A DNA stretch of 64,000 nucleotides, taken from assembly GCA_028716665.1 (NCBI GenBank), contig JAQUPP010000002.1, positions 267,717 to 331,716 of the forward strand, in the 5' to 3' direction. The notes under the pieces were generated by a model. That model made no database searches. It saw nothing but the letters and a program-made list of their open reading frames with translations, and had not been told where the DNA came from. Below, in pieces: positions 56,958-64,000 of the stretch. Position 1 is the stretch's first letter. The number at the start of each line of letters is the position of its first letter. The translations under genes and the position numbers were made by a program. The DNA comes from Patescibacteria group bacterium (GTDB lineage Bacteria > Patescibacteriota > Patescibacteriia > UBA2591 > JAQUPP01).

Positions 56958-57872
56958 ATGGCCAAGACCAAAGAAATATCTCGGCGCATCAAATCCGTTT
57001 CCAATACCAAAAAAATCACCAAAGCAATGGAAATGGTGGCGGCGTCAAAAATGAGAAAAGCGGTGGAAGCCGTGCTTAAAACTCGCACTTATGCAAATTT
57101 AAGTTGGGAGATGGTTTTACGTTTGGCAAAAATTTCCGCAGGCAATAATGAAATCGGACATCCGCTTTTAACCAAAAAAAAGGAAATAAAAAAAGCCGCC
57201 TTGATTTTAATTTCTTCCAATCGCGGTTTATGCGGCGGATTTAACGCCGCGGTTATCAATAGAGCGAAAGAATCATTAAAAAAACATAATTTGGAAACTG
57301 ATATTATTTTAGTCGGCAAAAAGGGGAGTATTATGGCTCAGCAAAAATATAATATTGCGGCAGAATTTCCCAAATCTGATTTGGTCTTATCAGCAGCCGA
57401 AACCAACCCTATTGCTCGGATGGCAATTAATGATTATTTATCGGGCAAATATGACAAAGTGATGCTTGTTTATACTGATTTTGTCAGCGGTGTAAAACAA
57501 ATTCCTCGAGTCAAACAGCTTTTGCCGATAAATATTGAATTTCAAGATCAATATTTGGGCATGGCTGAAAAAGAAGAAAAAGAAAAAAAACATTTTCAAT
57601 CTGAAGAATTTACATATGAATATACTTTTGAGCCGACTCCGACAGAAGTTTTGGATCGGATTGTGCCTCGCTTGATTGAAGTTCAATTATATCAGGCCTT
57701 GTTGGAATCAAATGCTTCGGAACACAGCGCTCGAATGGCCGCCATGCATCAAGCAACCGAATCAGCGTCTGATATGGTTAACGAATTGACTTTGTTCTAC
57801 AACAAGGCGCGTCAATCAAATATTACGGCTGAAATTGCCGAAATCAGCGCCGGAGCAAATGCCCTGTCCTAA
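56958..57872 (+). CDS. atpG: ATP synthase subunit gamma
   Basis: KITKAMEMVAASK, RGLCG, ARQ..IT.EI.EI. Confidence 0.97.
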   Translation: MAKTKEISRRIKSVSNTKKITKAMEMVAASKMRKAVEAVLKTRTYANLSWEMVLRLAKISAGNNEIGHPLLTKKKEIKKAALILISSNRGLCGGFNAAVINRAKESLKKHNLETDIILVGKKGSIMAQQKYNIAAEFPKSDLVLSAAETNPIARMAINDYLSGKYDKVMLVYTDFVSGVKQIPRVKQLLPINIEFQDQYLGMAEKEEKEKKHFQSEEFTYEYTFEPTPTEVLDRIVPRLIEVQLYQALLESNASEHSARMAAMHQATESASDMVNELTLFYNKARQSNITAEIAEISAGANALS

Positions 57873-58034
57873 AAATTAAAAGTGAAAAAATCAAAATGAA
57901 AAATGACAGAGCAAAATTCAAAAATAATAAAAGTCAAAATGAATTTTATTATTTTGATAATTTTACATTTTAATTTGTCATTTTAATCTTTGATTTTTAA
58001 ATTTTGAATTAAAATTAATTAATTATTATTTTAA

Positions 58035-59432
<1,398 letters not shown>

Positions 59433-59438
59433 TTTTTT

Positions 59439-59879
59439 ATGCCAACTGATAAAAAAACAATTGAATTTGAAATTGTTACTCCGGAAAGAGTGGTTTTGAA
59501 AGAAGAAGTTTTTCAAGCTACGATTCCGACTCAATCGGGCGAAATTACCATTTTGCCGGATCATATTCCGTTGGTTTCAATTTTGAATCCGGGCGTTATT
59601 GAACTCAAAAAACCGAGCGGTGAAAATGAAATTATTTCGGTTTCCGGCGGTTTTGTGGAAATCCTGAAAAATAAAATTATTATTTTGGCCGATACGGCAG
59701 AACTGGCCGTTGAACTTGACGAACAAAGGATTGAAGAAGCCAGAAAAAGAGCGGAAGAAATTAAAAAAAGCAAAGACATTGATGATGTTCAATTCGCGGA
59801 AATCAGCAGCAAGATTGAAAAACAATTGGCTCGTTCCAAGGCGGCCAAAAGATGGCGCAATTTAAAAAATATTAAATAA
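59439..59879 (+). CDS. atpC: ATP synthase subunit epsilon
   Basis: EIVTPER, ILP.H.P, VSGGF. Confidence 0.95.
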   Translation: MPTDKKTIEFEIVTPERVVLKEEVFQATIPTQSGEITILPDHIPLVSILNPGVIELKKPSGENEIISVSGGFVEILKNKIIILADTAELAVELDEQRIEEARKRAEEIKKSKDIDDVQFAEISSKIEKQLARSKAAKRWRNLKNIK

Positions 59880-59898
59880 ATCAAAGTTAAATCACTTG

Positions 59899-59932
59899 AT
59901 ACCACTTTTTCACGGCCGTGAAAAAGTGGTAT
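59899..59932. repeat. 34-bp perfect palindrome with TCACGGCCGTGA core
   Basis: ATACCACTTTTTCACGG|CCGTGAAAAAGTGGTAT. Confidence 0.85.
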
Positions 59933-59988
59933 TTTATTTTTTTGCTTATCAACTTATTCGCTTATCAGCTTATTAACTGAAAACGGGG

Positions 59989-60017
59989 TTGACATTTTTT
60001 AAAAATTTTGTTATATT
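59989..60017 (+). promoter_or_regulatory. promoter of cassette U13
   Basis: AACGGGG-TTGACA-17nt-TATATT with TGn. Confidence 0.7.
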
Positions 60018-60037
60018 TTTTTTAAAAGGAGGAAATC

Positions 60038-60328
60038 ATGAGCAAAAAAAATAATATCGATAAGTTCGTTAAAGAAGTCGGGAATACGATAAAAATACTG
60101 ATGACTCGGTGCGAAAAAGCAGGAATGAAGAAAAAGACTATTCAAAAATTTTTTGCCGGGGAAGAAGTTATAAACTGCCCTCATTGCAAGACCATGAATA
60201 TGGTTGAATCGCATTATGACAAAAAAGAAGAATGGTCAATGTATAAATGTTTGGCCTGCAAAAAAACACTTCTTAAAGATTGGAAAAAAATCTCGCCTAT
60301 TATTGTCAAGAAAGGAGGTGAAAAATGA
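60038..60328 (+). CDS. small zinc-ribbon protein (cassette U13, gene 1)
   Basis: CPHC...CLAC; SD AAGGAGG. Confidence 0.75.
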   Translation: MSKKNNIDKFVKEVGNTIKILMTRCEKAGMKKKTIQKFFAGEEVINCPHCKTMNMVESHYDKKEEWSMYKCLACKKTLLKDWKKISPIIVKKGGEK

Positions 60329-60675
60329 AAGCAGAAAAATGTTCATCGTTTTATCGGGAAAATCAAAAATTAATTGATTTACAGGATAAAATCAATGAGC
60401 AATCTAAAAAAGTGAATGAATTACAGGCGAAAAAAAGCGAGTTGCTGAAAAAAAAGGCTGAAAAATTCAGGGAATTCGCGGGAAAACGGGTTGAAATATG
60501 CTGGAATGAAGGTGACTGGAAAGGTAAAATCAGGTGTACTTTAAGTGAAGTCGTAGAACCTCATGAATTCAGCTTGATATGCAAGATGAATTCTAATAAA
60601 ACCGTACAGTTCCTACGCGGTCCTTACAGACAGATGTTCTTTATAGAAAATATTACAAGGATAAAGGAAGTTTAA
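60325..60675 (+). CDS. coiled-coil plus Sm/SH3-like small protein (cassette U13, gene 2)
   Basis: paralogue of 52548-52898; SD AAGGAGGTG. Confidence 0.8.
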   Translation: MKAEKCSSFYRENQKLIDLQDKINEQSKKVNELQAKKSELLKKKAEKFREFAGKRVEICWNEGDWKGKIRCTLSEVVEPHEFSLICKMNSNKTVQFLRGPYRQMFFIENITRIKEV

Positions 60676-60678
60676 TTT

Positions 60679-60708
60679 AAAGGGTCCGCAATAATTCGCG
60701 GGCCTTTT
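60679..60708 (+). terminator. terminator of U13
   Basis: GGTCCGCAATAATTCGCGGGCCTTTT, same as U12. Confidence 0.8.
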
Positions 60709-60747
60709 CTTATTGATTTTTTAGCCGAGATTGATATAATTAAAAAT

Positions 60748-62487
60748 ATGAATTCAATAAATAATCCTGAATTAAAACAAAACATTCCTGTTCAAGAAAA
60801 AATAAAAAAACTGCCAAAAGAAATAGAGAGAAAATTTTTTATTTCATCTCTTCCTGAAAATTTGGAAGATTTTCCACACGAAGAAGTAATGCAAGGATAT
60901 ATCGCGCTTGCCGAAGACGGAACCGAAATACGACTGAGAAAAAGAGGAGATAAATATTTTCAAACCGTTAAAAACGGCGCGGGCAAGATCAGAACGGAAT
61001 TGGAAATTGAAATTACCGAAGAACAATTTAACGCGCTCTGGATTACGACCGAAGGCAAAAGATTGGAAAAAATAAGATATAAGATACCTTATGAAGCAGG
61101 TGTTATTGAGCTTGATGTTTATCAAGGCAATTTAAAGGGATTGGTCACTGCAGAAATGGAATTTAAATCAGAAAAAGACAGTGATAAATTCATTCCGCCT
61201 CAATGGTTTGGCGAAGAAGCGACGAATAATGAAAAATATAAAAATCAATATTTGGCGATTCATGGACTTCCTGAAAATAAAAAAATATTGCAGGAAACAA
61301 AAGAGGTCTCAAATATTCCTGAATACGACTTGGAGCAAGGAGTTGGAAAACTTTCTTCTCTGATTAATGAAAAATTATCCCAGCAAACAAATCCGGTTAT
61401 AGTTGAAATTGCCGGCGGTTCCGCTTCTGGAAAAACAAGCGCGGTGGCAAAAAAAGTTAAAGAACTTTTTGACGACAAGGCGCTGATTTTTTCAATGGAT
61501 GATTATTATCGCGGCAAAAAATTCATGGATAAAGAAGCTGAAAAAGGAAATATTTTAAATTGGGACCAACCCGAGGCTTTAAACCTTGAATTGCTTAAAG
61601 AACATTTGCAAAAATTAGAACAAGGAAAATCAATTCAAAAACCGATTTACAATTTTAAAGAAGCCGAATCAACAGGAACGGAAGAAGTACAACCCAATAA
61701 AGTGGTTATCGTTGAAGGATTATTCGCACTTAATGAATCAATAGCGCCGGAAGGCGACATTAAAGCTTTTGTTGATATCGGAACTCATGGCAGAATTTTA
61801 AGAAGACTTTTGCGAGATGTGGAAAGAACGGGTCAAAAACCGATTGATATTTTAAAATATTTTTCAGAAGTGGTGGAACCGATGCACGAAAAACATATTC
61901 AAAATACCAAGAAAAACGCGGATATTATAATAAAAAACGAATATAGTCCCAAAATAGAAGCGCAAAAATCCGGTTTGCACGAGATTCAATTGAAATTCAG
62001 CGCTGAGATTGATCCTGAATTTTTGCGTAAAATGGGCGCGGAACGGCTGGGATCCACTACGCAAACAGATTATTATTATAATCCCAAAGATAGAAATTTA
62101 ATTGAAACTGACGAAGTTTTAAGAATTCGGGATGAAGGCGAATATAAAATTCTCACTTATAAAGGGCCAAGAATTGAATCTGATTTCAGAGAGAGGCCAA
62201 AATTTGAATTTGAAATAGATGCTGAAACGGAGAAAAAATTCTTATCGGTTTATGGAGATAAAATAAAAACAATTAAAAAAGAAAGAGTTTTATATCAACT
62301 CGGTGGTGTGATTTTTTCAGTTGATTCAGTCGCGAAAATAGAAGACGGTAAAAAAATAAATTTGGGAAAATTTGTGGAAATCAGGTCAACGGACAAAGAA
62401 ACAAATGAAAAAGAAATAAAAGAGACCATATCAAAACTGGGATTTTCATTGGACGACAGTATTAAAAAATCTTATTTTGAAATGTAA
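60748..62487 (+). CDS. CYTH - uridine kinase-like P-loop - CYTH fusion protein
   Basis: EIERKF/RLRK/AEMEF; IAGGSASGKT, MDDYY, EGLF, RRLLRD; QTDYYY/LRIR/TYKGP/FVEI. Confidence 0.85.
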   Translation: MNSINNPELKQNIPVQEKIKKLPKEIERKFFISSLPENLEDFPHEEVMQGYIALAEDGTEIRLRKRGDKYFQTVKNGAGKIRTELEIEITEEQFNALWITTEGKRLEKIRYKIPYEAGVIELDVYQGNLKGLVTAEMEFKSEKDSDKFIPPQWFGEEATNNEKYKNQYLAIHGLPENKKILQETKEVSNIPEYDLEQGVGKLSSLINEKLSQQTNPVIVEIAGGSASGKTSAVAKKVKELFDDKALIFSMDDYYRGKKFMDKEAEKGNILNWDQPEALNLELLKEHLQKLEQGKSIQKPIYNFKEAESTGTEEVQPNKVVIVEGLFALNESIAPEGDIKAFVDIGTHGRILRRLLRDVERTGQKPIDILKYFSEVVEPMHEKHIQNTKKNADIIIKNEYSPKIEAQKSGLHEIQLKFSAEIDPEFLRKMGAERLGSTTQTDYYYNPKDRNLIETDEVLRIRDEGEYKILTYKGPRIESDFRERPKFEFEIDAETEKKFLSVYGDKIKTIKKERVLYQLGGVIFSVDSVAKIEDGKKINLGKFVEIRSTDKETNEKEIKETISKLGFSLDDSIKKSYFEM

Positions 62488-62572
62488 TAATATTCGCAGT
62501 AAAATTTTCCACAGGCCAGCCATTGCATTTAATTTTTTTTTATTTTACAATTAACTTACAATTTAATTTAGT

Positions 62573-62696
62573 TTATCAAGAGAGGCGCGGAGTTTCCGAG
62601 TAAAATCGGAATGCGGGAACAAAACCCGATGATGCGTCCGGCAACCCCGGAGACAATAATCCCGGAAGGTGCTAAAGAACCCGAAAGGGAAGATAA
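62573..62696 (+). ncRNA. SAM-I (S-box) riboswitch
   Basis: TTATCAAGAG...CCCGATGA...GGCAACC...AAGGTGCTAA...GATAA upstream of metK. Confidence 0.85.
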
Positions 62697-62708
62697 TAGT
62701 CCAAATCT

Positions 62709-62734
62709 TTCATTCTTTCGGGAATGAATTTTTT
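62709..62734 (+). terminator. riboswitch expression-platform terminator
   Basis: TTCATTC-TTTCGG-GAATGAA followed by T tract. Confidence 0.65.
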
Positions 62735-62754
62735 TAATTATTAAATAAAAATGT

Positions 62755-63738
62755 ATGATGCAAAAAATTAAAACAGCCGAGAGCGTCGCCATCGGCCATC
62801 CGGATAAAATCTGTGATCAAATCAGCGACGCAATTTTAGACGCATGTTTAAAAGTTGACCCTAATTCGCGCGTGGCGATAGAAACCATGGGTGGACATGG
62901 TTGTGTTTATGTAATGGGCGAAATAACCAGTCATGCCAATCCGAATTACGTTTTAATCGCGAAAAAAGTTTATAAAGATTGCGGATACAAAGACAAAGTT
63001 AAAGTTTTTGTTAATGTGGCAAAACAATCGCCGCAAATAAAAGCCGGAGTTGATATTGGTGGCGCGGGTGATCAGGGAATAATGGTCGGTTACGCCTGCG
63101 ATGAAACAAAAGAAATGATTCCTTCGGAAGTTTTAATGTCTCGTCAATTGACAAAAGCAATGGGCGCGCGCGACGGTAAAAGCCAAGTAACGCTCAATGG
63201 TAAAAAAATAGAAAAAATTATTACCAGTGTTTGCGGTGAAAATTACCCAAAAAAATTAATTGATTTATTAACAAAATGGGGGATAAAAAACAATGATAAA
63301 CGTTGGCTTAAAAATCCTGCCGGAAAATGGACGTTTGGCGGATTTAAGGCTGATACCGGATTAACCGGCCGAAAATTAATTGTTGATAATTACGGACCGA
63401 ATATTTCAATCGGCGGCGGAAGTTTTTCGGGTAAAGACGCCACAAAAGTTGACAGATCGGCCGCCTATATGGCGCGCAAAGTAGCCGTGGACTTGCTTAA
63501 AAAATACAAAGCTCAAGAAGTTTTTGTGAAATTGGCTTATGCGATCGGAGTGGCAAAACCGGTTATGGCAACCGCGGAATTGAATTTTAAAAATAAACCG
63601 ACAAAATTCATATCGCACATTGAAGGATATAATTTAACGCCGGCGGAAATTATCAAATATTTGGATTTGCAAAAACCGATTTTCAGAGAAACCGCCAAAT
63701 ACGGACATTTTGGCAATGGGTTTAAATGGGATATTTAA
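62755..63738 (+). CDS. metK: S-adenosylmethionine synthetase, compact
   Basis: ESV..GHPDK, GAGDQG, DGKSQV, GLTGRK, GGG.FSGKD.TKVDRS. Confidence 0.96.
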   Translation: MMQKIKTAESVAIGHPDKICDQISDAILDACLKVDPNSRVAIETMGGHGCVYVMGEITSHANPNYVLIAKKVYKDCGYKDKVKVFVNVAKQSPQIKAGVDIGGAGDQGIMVGYACDETKEMIPSEVLMSRQLTKAMGARDGKSQVTLNGKKIEKIITSVCGENYPKKLIDLLTKWGIKNNDKRWLKNPAGKWTFGGFKADTGLTGRKLIVDNYGPNISIGGGSFSGKDATKVDRSAAYMARKVAVDLLKKYKAQEVFVKLAYAIGVAKPVMATAELNFKNKPTKFISHIEGYNLTPAEIIKYLDLQKPIFRETAKYGHFGNGFKWDI

Positions 63739-63796
63739 TCTTGATTAAAAGATGTTTTTTTGCTACACTTAATTTATAATAATAAAATAAAATAAT

Positions 63797-64000
63797 ATGT
63801 CTGAAGAAAACATCTTAAAACAAAAATGGCCGAACAGATTGGTAATTGTGCGTCACGGCCTGTCTGTTTACAACGAAGAAAGAGAATTAATCAACCGGGG
63901 CGTTTTGAAAACTTATACCAATAAGGTGAAAAGTGTTCGCAACGCCGATGTGCATTTGTCTAAAATCGGGAAAAAACAAGCTTTCAAAACAGGACTGGGA
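63797..64000 (+). CDS. histidine phosphatase family protein, partial
   Basis: LVIVRHG.S..N...D..LS..G..QA; runs off the window. Confidence 0.85.
   Translation, partial: MSEENILKQKWPNRLVIVRHGLSVYNEERELINRGVLKTYTNKVKSVRNADVHLSKIGKKQAFKTGLG

Overview
AT-rich bacterial chromosome segment using genetic code 11. Gene content and repeat families point to Patescibacteria/CPR (Parcubacteria-like); this is an inference. The backbone holds elp3, a Trm9-like methyltransferase, manB/pgm, trpS, polX, a K+-independent H+-PPase, secG, folD, lon, glyA, mtnP, apt, a VirD4/DUF87 ATPase, dnaX, a pyrD-pyrK fusion, a complete H+-type F1Fo operon, metK with a SAM-I riboswitch, and tRNA-Leu(CAG), -Glu(CTC) and -Gln(CTG). 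A defence-like island lies at ~40.4-50.2 kb (RhuM-Fic, Phd-RelE, DinD, double-domain MTase plus nuclease, HEPN, Bro-N). Five things stand out. (1) Thirteen self-contained expression cassettes (19 mostly ORFan genes) are scattered between housekeeping genes. They share a related TTGACA promoter, often a boxA-like motif, a strong Shine-Dalgarno and their own terminator, while the housekeeping starts inspected have no SD. (2) Short CCCC...GGGG inverted-repeat elements sit exactly on the TTGA of these -35 boxes with a TTGA duplication. (3) An anticodon-less tRNA-like RNA with CCA lies between elp3 and the Trm9-like gene. (4) An integron-like array of single genes behind tRNA-Gln is punctuated by a tRNA-3'-like repeat. 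(5) Palindromic elements are inserted in frame inside core proteins. Protein calls rest on motif recognition by eye; no searches were run.
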